From positions 1 through 37,522 of the forward strand of contig CAXBPH010000034.1 of assembly GCA_963977445.1 (NCBI GenBank): a stretch of DNA of 37,522 nt. Reading direction: 5' to 3'. Origin of the DNA: an uncultured bacterium. GTDB lineage: Bacteria; Hydrogenedentota; Hydrogenedentia; Hydrogenedentales; JAEUWI01. Of this stretch, positions 28,773 through 37,367 are shown piece after piece. The number at the start of each line of letters is the position of its first letter. Within the stretch, counting starts at the first letter, position 1. The notes below the pieces were generated by a model. The model saw nothing but the letters and a program-made list of their open reading frames with translations, had not been told where the DNA came from and did not search any database. A program made the position numbers and the translations under genes.

Positions 28773-28884
28773 TCCGCATTGCTCGTCGGGGTCGTTGTGC
28801 CCCGACCGAAGAGCAGCGTTAACGAATCGGGTCCAGGTTGAGGTTTAGAACCTGGCCAAGGCCCATGAGGGAGATGTTTCTCGC

Positions 28885-29820
28885 ATGTCCATATTAACGA
28901 CCATGCGTCAGCGCAACGTATTACTAGTTGAAAGCGACCCAAATGCCATGCACTTGATGCGGGACTATTTGAGCCGTGCAAATTTCCGAGTCCGGACTGC
29001 AAGTGATGGCTGGGAAGCGCTGAAACGCATTAAAGATGGCGCGGTAGATATCGTGGTGTCTGAACATGGTCTGGCGGATGTGGATGGCGCGCGCCTCCGC
29101 GAAAAATGCATGCTTAACCCAGCAACGCGCGATGTGCCCTTTCTGTTCCTCATCGACAGCTCACAGGTCGAAAGCCACGTGCGCGCATTGAGAAGTGGTG
29201 TCGACGGCTGCCTCGTAAAACCCTTTGATCCGGTCATCCTCGTGGCCCATGTCCAGGCGGTCATTGAACGACGTCGCTCCTATGAAGAAATGGTTCGCAT
29301 TGATCCACTGACGCGACTGTTGAATCGTCCATCGCTGGAGAAGGAACTAACCGAGGAGCTACGACGCGTTTCCCGATATCGCCGCACCGCTACATTGGTG
29401 CTCATCGATATCGACGCATTTTCCGACGTAAACGCGGAGAGTGGCATGGCCATGGGCGACCTGCTGCTCACCTGCCTCTCCGGTGTTATTCTAACCAGCA
29501 TCCGGACCATGGATATTGCCGGCCGCTATCAGGGCGGGCAATTTATACTCTTTCTTCCCGAGACCCCGAGTGAGGGTGCCCTGATTCTGGTCCGGCGCAT
29601 ACAGGAACAATTGCGAACCATCGCGAGCGCTGTTGCGGGTTACGAGCTTACCTTTTCCGCAAGCACTATTTTCTTACCCGAAGATGGCGACAATATTGAA
29701 ATCGTATTGCCCCGGCTGGAGCAGGCGCTGCAGGAGGCAAAGGCGGCAGACAACGGCAGAGGCGGTACAATTATTCAGTGGGGGCATGGTCTCGCCCCCG
29801 AAGCGACCACAAGCGAATGA
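28885..29820 (+). CDS. Pseudo-receiver + degenerate GGDEF domain protein
   Basis: REC fold (LLVESD, VVSE, KPF), DPLT.L.NR linker, DID.F..VN, and RTMD...RYQGGQF in place of GGDEF. Confidence 0.88.
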   Translation: MSILTTMRQRNVLLVESDPNAMHLMRDYLSRANFRVRTASDGWEALKRIKDGAVDIVVSEHGLADVDGARLREKCMLNPATRDVPFLFLIDSSQVESHVRALRSGVDGCLVKPFDPVILVAHVQAVIERRRSYEEMVRIDPLTRLLNRPSLEKELTEELRRVSRYRRTATLVLIDIDAFSDVNAESGMAMGDLLLTCLSGVILTSIRTMDIAGRYQGGQFILFLPETPSEGALILVRRIQEQLRTIASAVAGYELTFSASTIFLPEDGDNIEIVLPRLEQALQEAKAADNGRGGTIIQWGHGLAPEATTSE

Positions 29821-29821
29821 G

Positions 29822-31978
29822 CTACTGCCCCGAAAGCGATGACACCATCAGGTCAACGGCAACGAAGGACGTGGATTCTGGAATTTCGATGAGGGCATAA
29901 CGTCCGTCTTCGGACAGGCTAAGCTGCGATCCCACGCCCGAGTCCAGGTGGGTCAATTGCTGGGCCGAAAAACTATTTGTCGCACTGTACCGCCACAACT
30001 GGCTTCTCCCCGCGTGATCGGGAGCAATCAGAATGAGTTCGTCCGAACCTGGCCGCCAGGCGGCATCCATCCCCGCTCCTATGATCGTGCTGGACTCCGG
30101 TTCGTATGCTGACTGGACGACGACCCGTCCCATTCCGTCTTTCATTTCGTCTGTCAGCACCAGTTGACCGCCTGAAGGACTAAAGGGGTTCCGGTGCAGC
30201 AACACCTCGCCTTCCCGAATCAGACTCCCTTCCTGGTCCGCGAATCTGGTCGCAATCAGCGTGATGCCCGACCAGTTACCCTCCCGATGAAGCACGGCCA
30301 ATTGCGCGCTATCCTGATGAGAAGCCATTACAACGATTTCACCGCGCAGATAGATCGACTTATTGCGAAGCGCGGACGTATCACCGGCGAGAAAGACGAT
30401 ATCACTGCCACCGTCTTTTTCCATTCGAGCAAGGGCGGCCGTACCTTCCCTATCCGCAATTGCAACCCGATTGGCTTTCCATGGGAGCAATACTTCGGGC
30501 AGACCACCGGGCAAGGTCCCAAGAAAAGACGTGCCCTCCCCACTCGCCAGGAATACTCCCGGACGGGAAACGCCATAGGAACCCGCACCAAGCAAGGTCA
30601 TGGCCACATCACCGTCTACGGGCGGCAGGGGTGTTAACGATACGTTCACGGTGTGGAGGTACGGATTGATCGTCAGCAGGGCTGTCTCACCCGCCCGTGA
30701 ACCATTGGGGATGCCTTCCAGCCACGCTACCGCACCATCGGCTCCATCGATCCAATTAAGCGAACGAATCTGAAATCCGCTCAATGCAATATGCCCGGAA
30801 ACGACCGTATCGGTCTCCCGCTGAAAGGTAGCCAGTGATTGACGCTGCGTCCAGCGCTCCACATCACCAAAGGCATGAAACCGGGTGCTCACATCGACCG
30901 CAGGGACCAGGCTCACCCAAAGGCCAATCGCCAACGACACCGGCACAACGACGGCGAAGAATACGGCAACGGCGATTCGAGATGCACGAGACAAAGCGAA
31001 CCACCGATGACGCAATCGCGCAGAGAAATCAGGACGGCTGTCGACGGTAGATTCTGATGGCATATCAGGCGCAGGGGTTTCCGCCCGAATCGTTTCGAGT
31101 GCCAGCTCCATGGCGGGCAATACCTCAGCAACCCGGTCACCACGCCGAACACGGTCAATGATGTCACGAAGTACGCGGCTGGTCTCCGGTCGATTGCTCG
31201 CTTCTTTTTCGAGCATGTAGGCAATCAACCGATCTACCGATTCGGGAACGTCCGGCTTAAAGGCGCGAATACGTTTTGGAATCTCGTAGGAAATTTTCGT
31301 AATAAGATCGGCCGCTCCAGAAGCCTCAAAGGGCAATCGCCCGGTAATGCACTGAAACAACATAACCCCCAGTGAATAAATATCGCTGCTGGGTGTGGTG
31401 GGAAGATTCTTGCAGCGCTCCGGACACATGTATTGGGGCGTGCCGATACGGGCGCCGTCAACCGTAAGTTGGGTGGAGGCATTCAGGACCTTGGCGATCC
31501 CGAAATCGGTAACTTTCACCGAGCCATCATCGCAGAGCAGAATATTGGCCGGCTTTATATCGCGATGGATGACCTGACACTCGTGGGCGCAAACGAGGGC
31601 ATCGGCCACCTGAATTCCGATGTCCAACGCCTCCTCCCAGGGCAGCGATCCGCAATTGGACAGAATGTCGCTGAGGGGTGCACCCTCCACATATTCCATG
31701 GCGATAAATGGCACCGAGGACTCGCTTCCAACGGCGTAGATGCGTACAATATTGGGATGGCTCAGGGTCGCGATGGCTTCCGCTTCACGACGAAAGCGGG
31801 CCACGACGGCAGGATGGGCCTGAAATTCCTCTTTCAACACTTTGATGGCAACGGGACGGCCCAGCGCGGGATCAATCGCCTTGTAGACGACGCCCATCCC
31901 TCCCGCACCGGCGGTTGAAACGATCTCATAGCCGCCCAGCATGTAGTTGTGTTCGGCACTGCTGTCCGCTGGATTCAT
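29822..31978 (-). CDS. Membrane Ser/Thr protein kinase with beta-propeller-like ectodomain
   Basis: GAGGMGVV, VAIK, HRDIKPAN, DFG, GTPQY; one TM segment; FSPSG, WRPGS and LSEDGRY repeats. Start ATG 31978, 1 nt after the upstream stop. Confidence 0.92.
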   Translation of the reverse strand: MNPADSSAEHNYMLGGYEIVSTAGAGGMGVVYKAIDPALGRPVAIKVLKEEFQAHPAVVARFRREAEAIATLSHPNIVRIYAVGSESSVPFIAMEYVEGAPLSDILSNCGSLPWEEALDIGIQVADALVCAHECQVIHRDIKPANILLCDDGSVKVTDFGIAKVLNASTQLTVDGARIGTPQYMCPERCKNLPTTPSSDIYSLGVMLFQCITGRLPFEASGAADLITKISYEIPKRIRAFKPDVPESVDRLIAYMLEKEASNRPETSRVLRDIIDRVRRGDRVAEVLPAMELALETIRAETPAPDMPSESTVDSRPDFSARLRHRWFALSRASRIAVAVFFAVVVPVSLAIGLWVSLVPAVDVSTRFHAFGDVERWTQRQSLATFQRETDTVVSGHIALSGFQIRSLNWIDGADGAVAWLEGIPNGSRAGETALLTINPYLHTVNVSLTPLPPVDGDVAMTLLGAGSYGVSRPGVFLASGEGTSFLGTLPGGLPEVLLPWKANRVAIADREGTAALARMEKDGGSDIVFLAGDTSALRNKSIYLRGEIVVMASHQDSAQLAVLHREGNWSGITLIATRFADQEGSLIREGEVLLHRNPFSPSGGQLVLTDEMKDGMGRVVVQSAYEPESSTIIGAGMDAAWRPGSDELILIAPDHAGRSQLWRYSATNSFSAQQLTHLDSGVGSQLSLSEDGRYALIEIPESTSFVAVDLMVSSLSGQ

Positions 31979-31979
31979 T

Positions 31980-34295
31980 TCAGGCCTCCCCAGGCATGGT
32001 CGAGTTCTCTGCGCTGTAGGGAATGAATAAGGCTGCGGCACCGCGATAGGTTGAAGCAACCGTTGCAATCCAGCGACCACTTCGAGAAATAGCAGGTACC
32101 CCGTTTGTACCTTCAGGCAATTCGGTCAGTCGTTTGTGGCTATAGGGTGCCCCAGTCGAAACAGACCACAACTGATCCACGTCCGTATCTTCGTCACGGG
32201 CCTGCACGACAAGCATGGGCAACGTCGGGTGCCAGGAAGACAAGTCACACTGCCCCACGCCCCCTTCACCCACAATATTCCCTGTTTCGGTTTCAAAAAG
32301 GGTAATCCGATTCTCTTCATTGCGGTGGCGGGTAATGGCGATATGGGAACCGTCCGGACTGAACGAAAATCCCCGTAGCTCTCCGGTAGCAATGGGCACA
32401 CCATTCATCGAAGGGTTCCACGTATCAACCACCCAGAGTGTACTTTCATTTTCGTCCCGGATGCGTTCATAGGCCAACCAGCGACCATCGTCGCTATACC
32501 GGATCGACGCCCCCGCAATCGGGTCGGTGGTATTCACCAAACGGCGACCCAGGCGGGCCGGGTCGCGCCACTGAACCTCTCGCTCGACAAGATAATAGGC
32601 GCGGGAAGCATTGTCGAAAAGCAGAAGGCAGATAGTTTTTCCGTCGGGATGGGCAGCCATTGATACCGCTGACGTCTGACCTTGCCAAGAGGCGGTCGTG
32701 TCCGCCGGAGCAACGGATTTCTCGTCCAGAGAAAACAACAATCTGCCGCCGGGCTCCGAGGCGTCCCAACGTTGTGCCAGGGCCTGAATCACGCCCCCAC
32801 GGGTGCGATCACTGCCTGCGTAGCTTAGAAAGGGCACGACTATCGCGTTGGCCAAGGGGGATTGTGATGGACTCGGTGGCATGGCCCCGGGCCGAAGGGC
32901 AGTCACCTTGCTGCGCCCAGAATCGTTATCGAGCATAGGCCCCACGGGCGCACCGACGCTGGTCATGCGTTGTTCCGATGGGGAGACGGCGAGCACTCCC
33001 CTACTGCCGTGGTAGACCGTCCCCGGGCGCCCCGTTACCGCGACCAGGGCAACATCTCGGTCACCCACCCAATAGATACCATCAATCAGCCAGTGATCAG
33101 CCGGCATCTGTGCCCATAGCTTTCCGTCCTGATCGACCGATACCAGACTCCTGTCCATCTGAACCGCCGATCGGCTTGGCTGTGGCCCCTCCACCAGGTG
33201 CCAGTAAACCACACCCAACCCACCGGCAAGTAGCAGCAACACCAGAAGCACTTGTGTAAGCGTGCTGACCGGTGCAAAACGTTTTTTGTCGGGACGCAAC
33301 CGGGGTGCTGTAACACGCAGTGGTCGACGCACCCCCGGCATGGGCGTATCTACTTTTATTTCAAGTGGTGCCGCCATATCCCGAATGAAGGCGCTGAGCG
33401 CCTCTCCGACGACCGACACATCGCCATCCTGGTGCTGTATGCGTCGCACTTCTTCCAACACGGTTAACGCGCTGGCAGGTCGGCACGTCGGCGACTTTTC
33501 AAGCAGCCCCGCAACCAGTCGGGCCACGTCATCGGGAACGTCTTCCCGCAGCTTGCTCAGGCGCGGCGCGGTATCATTTACAATCCGTTGCACGAGGGCC
33601 GCCGTACTCTCCCCGGTAAAGGGAACACGGCCACTGATCATTTGAAACAGCATAACCCCGACGGAAAACAAATCACTCGGTGGGCCAATGGGAACGGGAC
33701 TGCCACATTGCTCGGGCGACATGTACTCCGGTGTTCCAAAAATCCGGTATCCCTGTCCACGTTGTATGGCATCCTGCTGCATGCGGGCTATCCCGAAGTC
33801 GGTCAGGCGGACGCAGCCCCGCGGATCTATTAGAATATTGGCCGGCTTAACGTCCCGATGAACCACGCCATGTTTGTGGGCACAGTGCAGTGCTTCCAGC
33901 ACCTGCGCGACGATGTAGAAGGCATGTCGCCAATCCAGGACACCACTGCGCCGAAGAAACTTATCGAGGGCTTCGCCCTCGATGTATTCCATGGCAATGT
34001 AGGGCGTACCGTCCCTAATGCCCGCTTCATAGACCCCCACAATGTTGGGGTGTTGCAGCGGAGCGACGGCTTTTGCTTCCTGGAGAAAATGGGTGACGTG
34101 TTCGGGATTTCGCGCGAGCGCGCCGAGCAGAACTTTTAAGGCGACCGGTCGGCCGAGTGCTGTATCGTGGGCAAGATAGACAATACCGGCAGCCCCTCTT
34201 CCGAGAAGGGTTTCTACGGCATAGTTTCCAAGTTTTCGCCCAATAAGGGTGGCGCTCCCTGTATTTTCTACCATCTGTTGCGATTCCGCCGTCAC
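31980..34295 (-). CDS. Membrane Ser/Thr protein kinase with TolB/PD40-like beta-propeller ectodomain
   Basis: GRGAAGIV, VALK, HRDVKPAN, DFG, GTPEYMSPE; TM VLLVLLLLAGGLGVVYW; YSDDGRWLAY, FSPDGSHIA and ISRSGRWIA. Start may be ATG 34274. Confidence 0.93.
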   Translation of the reverse strand: MTAESQQMVENTGSATLIGRKLGNYAVETLLGRGAAGIVYLAHDTALGRPVALKVLLGALARNPEHVTHFLQEAKAVAPLQHPNIVGVYEAGIRDGTPYIAMEYIEGEALDKFLRRSGVLDWRHAFYIVAQVLEALHCAHKHGVVHRDVKPANILIDPRGCVRLTDFGIARMQQDAIQRGQGYRIFGTPEYMSPEQCGSPVPIGPPSDLFSVGVMLFQMISGRVPFTGESTAALVQRIVNDTAPRLSKLREDVPDDVARLVAGLLEKSPTCRPASALTVLEEVRRIQHQDGDVSVVGEALSAFIRDMAAPLEIKVDTPMPGVRRPLRVTAPRLRPDKKRFAPVSTLTQVLLVLLLLAGGLGVVYWHLVEGPQPSRSAVQMDRSLVSVDQDGKLWAQMPADHWLIDGIYWVGDRDVALVAVTGRPGTVYHGSRGVLAVSPSEQRMTSVGAPVGPMLDNDSGRSKVTALRPGAMPPSPSQSPLANAIVVPFLSYAGSDRTRGGVIQALAQRWDASEPGGRLLFSLDEKSVAPADTTASWQGQTSAVSMAAHPDGKTICLLLFDNASRAYYLVEREVQWRDPARLGRRLVNTTDPIAGASIRYSDDGRWLAYERIRDENESTLWVVDTWNPSMNGVPIATGELRGFSFSPDGSHIAITRHRNEENRITLFETETGNIVGEGGVGQCDLSSWHPTLPMLVVQARDEDTDVDQLWSVSTGAPYSHKRLTELPEGTNGVPAISRSGRWIATVASTYRGAAALFIPYSAENSTMPGEA

Positions 34296-34321
34296 GATCA
34301 GCTATATATAGTGTCGCGATG

Positions 34322-34350
34322 ACAGTAGCATGAAATCACAGTATTGTCAA
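34322..34350 (-). promoter_or_regulatory. Putative sigma70 promoter of the kinase pair
   Basis: Minus strand reads TTGACA-17 nt-TACTGT with a TG extended -10. Confidence 0.65.
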
Positions 34351-34642
34351 GTATTTAGCACATGGGGTGGGATTTTTTCGTGCTCATTTCGGAAGAATGC
34401 GATATTTTTACGCAGGCGATAGTATGTCTTGGAGAGGGCAGCGGCGCCCGGGCAGGTGCAGGTGGGGTTGAGCTGTGTTTTGGGTCAATCATATCGCATC
34501 GTTGCAATGCTTGCATGATATACTAAACCGAAGCGTGAGTGAACAAGCGGGCGGAGAGAGCAATCCCACTTGTAAGGCAGTGTAATGGTCTTCAGTTTAG
34601 AATAACCCGGACGCCGCTGAAGTTCGTCCTGAAGTCTATAAT

Positions 34643-35458
34643 TTACACTGCGGCTTGCTGAGGTTGAGCAAGCGCTGCGGCGCGTTCGAGAAAGAGTTCG
34701 TTGGTATCCAGGTTGGCAATGGAATCGACGACCATGTCAGGCTGGTACGCGTAACGCGCCAACGCTGATTTCTCTGTCCCACCGGACAGTACGAGAACAG
34801 TCTTGTAACCCATCTGTACACCTCCTAGAATATCCGTTTCCATGGTATCTCCTATCATGACGGTCTGAGCCGTTCGCAATCCAAGTTCAATACGCGCTGC
34901 GCGCATCATCACCGGACTGGGTTTACCAACACTGAATGCCTTCACCCCGGTAGCCGACTCAAGCATGGCTACTATTGCTCCGCAACCAGGTCGTGTGCCC
35001 GTCGCGGTTGGGCAATTCGGGTCCATATTCGTCGCCACCAATCGGGCACCAGATTTAATCATGTTCACGGCGGCCTCTACCACTTCGAAATTCATGGTAC
35101 GCCCCTCGCCCACCACCACAAAATCGGGGTCGTGGTCTACGATGGCGTATCCATTGCGGTGAAGTGCGTTGAGCAAGCCACCTTCGCCAATGACAAAGGC
35201 CGTACCTTTGGGCTTTTGATTGGCCAGGTAACGGGCCGTGGCCATGGCGCAGGTATAAATGTGTTCTTCTGATATATCGAAACCCATGCGCTGCAGTTTG
35301 GCCTGCATGTCGCGGCGGGTACGCTGACTGTTATTGGTCAAGAATCGAAACGGTATGTTTTCCGCTACCAGACGGTTGATGAAGGTATCGGCACCGGCAA
35401 TCACGTTGCTGCTTCGATAGATAACCCCATCCATGTCTATAAGAAAACCGTATTTCAT
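34643..35458 (-). CDS. HAD-IIA hydrolase, NagD-like
   Basis: DMDGV, FLTNN, GKPS and IGDTMETDI motifs; AGGAAGG RBS. Confidence 0.93.
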   Translation of the reverse strand: MKYGFLIDMDGVIYRSSNVIAGADTFINRLVAENIPFRFLTNNSQRTRRDMQAKLQRMGFDISEEHIYTCAMATARYLANQKPKGTAFVIGEGGLLNALHRNGYAIVDHDPDFVVVGEGRTMNFEVVEAAVNMIKSGARLVATNMDPNCPTATGTRPGCGAIVAMLESATGVKAFSVGKPSPVMMRAARIELGLRTAQTVMIGDTMETDILGGVQMGYKTVLVLSGGTEKSALARYAYQPDMVVDSIANLDTNELFLERAAALAQPQQAAV

Positions 35459-35731
35459 GATACCCTTCCTGATGGGACTGCATAGCCAGATTGACTTGCA
35501 TAGTTGAGTATATTTAGCCGGTCAGACAGGCGCTCAAGACACCGGACAACATAGCGTCTTGAAGCGCCTGTCAAACCGAGGGGATCCAATTTTATGTAAG
35601 CGGGCCAGGCTAAGAAGGTCGGGGGCTCCCCAACCTGACCCGCTACATGGGAGGCTTTCGTCCGACAGGCCGGAGTTTCCAATGCGCCTGATCGCCGCAT
35701 TTTCTTTCCTGTCTGTCGAAGTAGGCTCATG
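35459..35731 (-). ncRNA. Candidate structured 5' leader (three long hairpins)
   Basis: Stems at about 35519-35578, 35594-35648 and 35657-35720; mismatches on the plus strand become G-U pairs on the minus strand. Confidence 0.5.
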
Positions 35732-35742
35732 CAACTCTATAC

Positions 35743-35758
35743 GCAAACGCCGTGCCAA
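35743..35758 (-). promoter_or_regulatory. Sigma54 (RpoN) -24/-12 promoter
   Basis: Minus strand TTGGCACG-GCGT-TTGC matches TGGCACG-N4-TTGC with exact spacing; AT-rich tract immediately upstream. Confidence 0.85.
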
Positions 35759-35859
35759 CTTTTGAAATCCACACAAAAACTACGTTTTTATTGGTGTTTC
35801 TTCGTTTTTTTGCGTGTAAATACTGAAAATCGCCAATTATCGCCTGAGACCGAAAACTA

Positions 35860-35933
35860 CAAAATGGTGGTTTTACCCCCTGCCCGCAGCAGGAAGGTAC
35901 ATTCCTGTACCCAGCGCGCTTTCCACCATTTTG
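35860..35933. promoter_or_regulatory. Candidate enhancer-binding-protein sites (NtrC-like)
   Basis: CAAAATGGTGG at 35860-35870 and its exact reverse complement CCACCATTTTG at 35923-35933, about 130-200 bp upstream of the predicted sigma54 start. Confidence 0.55.
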
Positions 35934-35995
35934 GACACATCAAATCTGCCATCGGCTTAATCGCAGTTTACGCATTGGCACGCCGAGCAGACACG

Positions 35996-36028
35996 AAAAA
36001 ACGCGCAGCGAACCAGGCGCTGCGCGTT
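35996..36028 (-). terminator. Intrinsic terminator of pyrFE
   Basis: AACGCGCAGCG-loop-CGCTGCGCGTT followed by a T-run on the minus strand. Confidence 0.85.
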
Positions 36029-36058
36029 AGCATTTGTCACATTATGGTAGGAATTGGA

Positions 36059-36634
36059 CTAAATCACCAGATCGTCGGGTTCCATGACGGGTATCGATGA
36101 CAATGACTCGGGCACGTCTTCCGGTGCCCAGCTTTCCATATTCAGGCGAGCCACCGGACGGTAGGGATAGTTGAAGTCTGCCTTCCCTCCACTACGGTCT
36201 ATAAGGACAGAAACACCCACAATCACTGCCCCACGCGCTTCCAGGTGGCTGATGGTCTTCAATACGGAGCCGCCCGTGGTGACAATATCTTCCACCACCA
36301 GGACCCGTGTACCCGGTTTTACCGCAAAGCCACGCTTCACCGCCATCCCACCGTCAGGTTCTTTTTCTGCAAATACACCGCGAACGCCCAAACTCCGCGC
36401 CGTCTCGTAGGCCAGAATGATTCCGCCCGTCGCTGGCCCCACGACCAACTCGATATTATCGTCACGAAACTGGTCCGCCATGGCCGCACACAAGGCCCCT
36501 GTATGCTCCGGATACTGCAAGACCCGAGCCGCCTGCAGGAATTGATTACCGTGGCGGCCACTCGCATAGATAAAGTGCCCCTCCAACAGGGCCCCCACCT
36601 CTTTAAAGGTCGCTAGTACTTCCGCTTCCGTCAT
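36059..36634 (-). CDS. pyrE: Orotate phosphoribosyltransferase
   Basis: GALLEGHF.YASGRH and PRPP-binding VLVVEDIVTTGGS; ATGA overlap with pyrF. Confidence 0.95.
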   Translation of the reverse strand: MTEAEVLATFKEVGALLEGHFIYASGRHGNQFLQAARVLQYPEHTGALCAAMADQFRDDNIELVVGPATGGIILAYETARSLGVRGVFAEKEPDGGMAVKRGFAVKPGTRVLVVEDIVTTGGSVLKTISHLEARGAVIVGVSVLIDRSGGKADFNYPYRPVARLNMESWAPEDVPESLSSIPVMEPDDLVI

Positions 36635-37323
36635 TGTCCCAATTCCTCCTTAATTAAACGCACCGCTTCCGCAGGGTTTTCATGATTCAATATAGGGCGC
36701 CCTACCACAATCATGGAGGCACCCGCCTTCGCCGCATCGGCCGGCGTCATTATACGTGCCTGATCGTCTTTGCTCGACCAGGCCGGGCGGATTCCCGGGG
36801 TCACCACGATGGGCTCAGGCCCCACGGCTTCCCGGACCAACCCGATTTCCTGGGGCGAGCACACAATACCGTGGGCACCGGCTTCAATCGCTATTTTCGC
36901 CAACCGGGGCACCGCCTCCGCCGCTGTTTCGTTCAGTCCGATGTCGCTCTTGAGCTCCCCATCCGAAAAACTCGTAAGAATCGTAACCGCCAATATACGG
37001 GTATCCGTCCCCTCCACCGCCTTTCGGGCCGCCGCGATCATGTTGCGCCCGCCGGAGGCATGGAGCGTGAAAAGCCCCACCTTCAACGCCGCCGCCGCGC
37101 TGGCACTGTGGGCCACCGTGTTGGGGATATCATGAAATTTGAGGTCCAGCATGACCTTCCGGCCCATACCCAGGACTTCCCGGACGATTTCCGGCCCACA
37201 GCGGGTGAAAAGCTGCGAACCAATCTTATACCAGTCACAACCCTCGCTGGCGCTGATAATACGGAGGGCTTCCTCCCGCGTATCCACATCCAGGACGGTG
37301 ATTAATTCAGTTTGTTTGGACAA
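36631..37323 (-). CDS. pyrF: Orotidine-5'-phosphate decarboxylase
   Basis: DLKFHDIPNT, VTILTS, VTPGIRP, DDQAR and VVGRPI; likely TTG start at 37323 after AAAGGA. Confidence 0.96.
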   Translation of the reverse strand: MSKQTELITVLDVDTREEALRIISASEGCDWYKIGSQLFTRCGPEIVREVLGMGRKVMLDLKFHDIPNTVAHSASAAAALKVGLFTLHASGGRNMIAAARKAVEGTDTRILAVTILTSFSDGELKSDIGLNETAAEAVPRLAKIAIEAGAHGIVCSPQEIGLVREAVGPEPIVVTPGIRPAWSSKDDQARIMTPADAAKAGASMIVVGRPILNHENPAEAVRLIKEELGQ

Positions 37324-37358
37324 AACACGTTCCTTTATGGGGTTTGGTTGAGACGGGA

Positions 37359-37367
37359 AGTATAGCA
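37359..37367 (-). promoter_or_regulatory. Extended -10 promoter candidate for pyrFE
   Basis: Minus strand reads TGCTATACT; no clear -35. Confidence 0.45.

Noticed and set aside
35975..35990. Second sigma54-like site TTGGCACG on the plus strand
   Set aside because: No TTGC at the -12 position and no downstream gene in that orientation.
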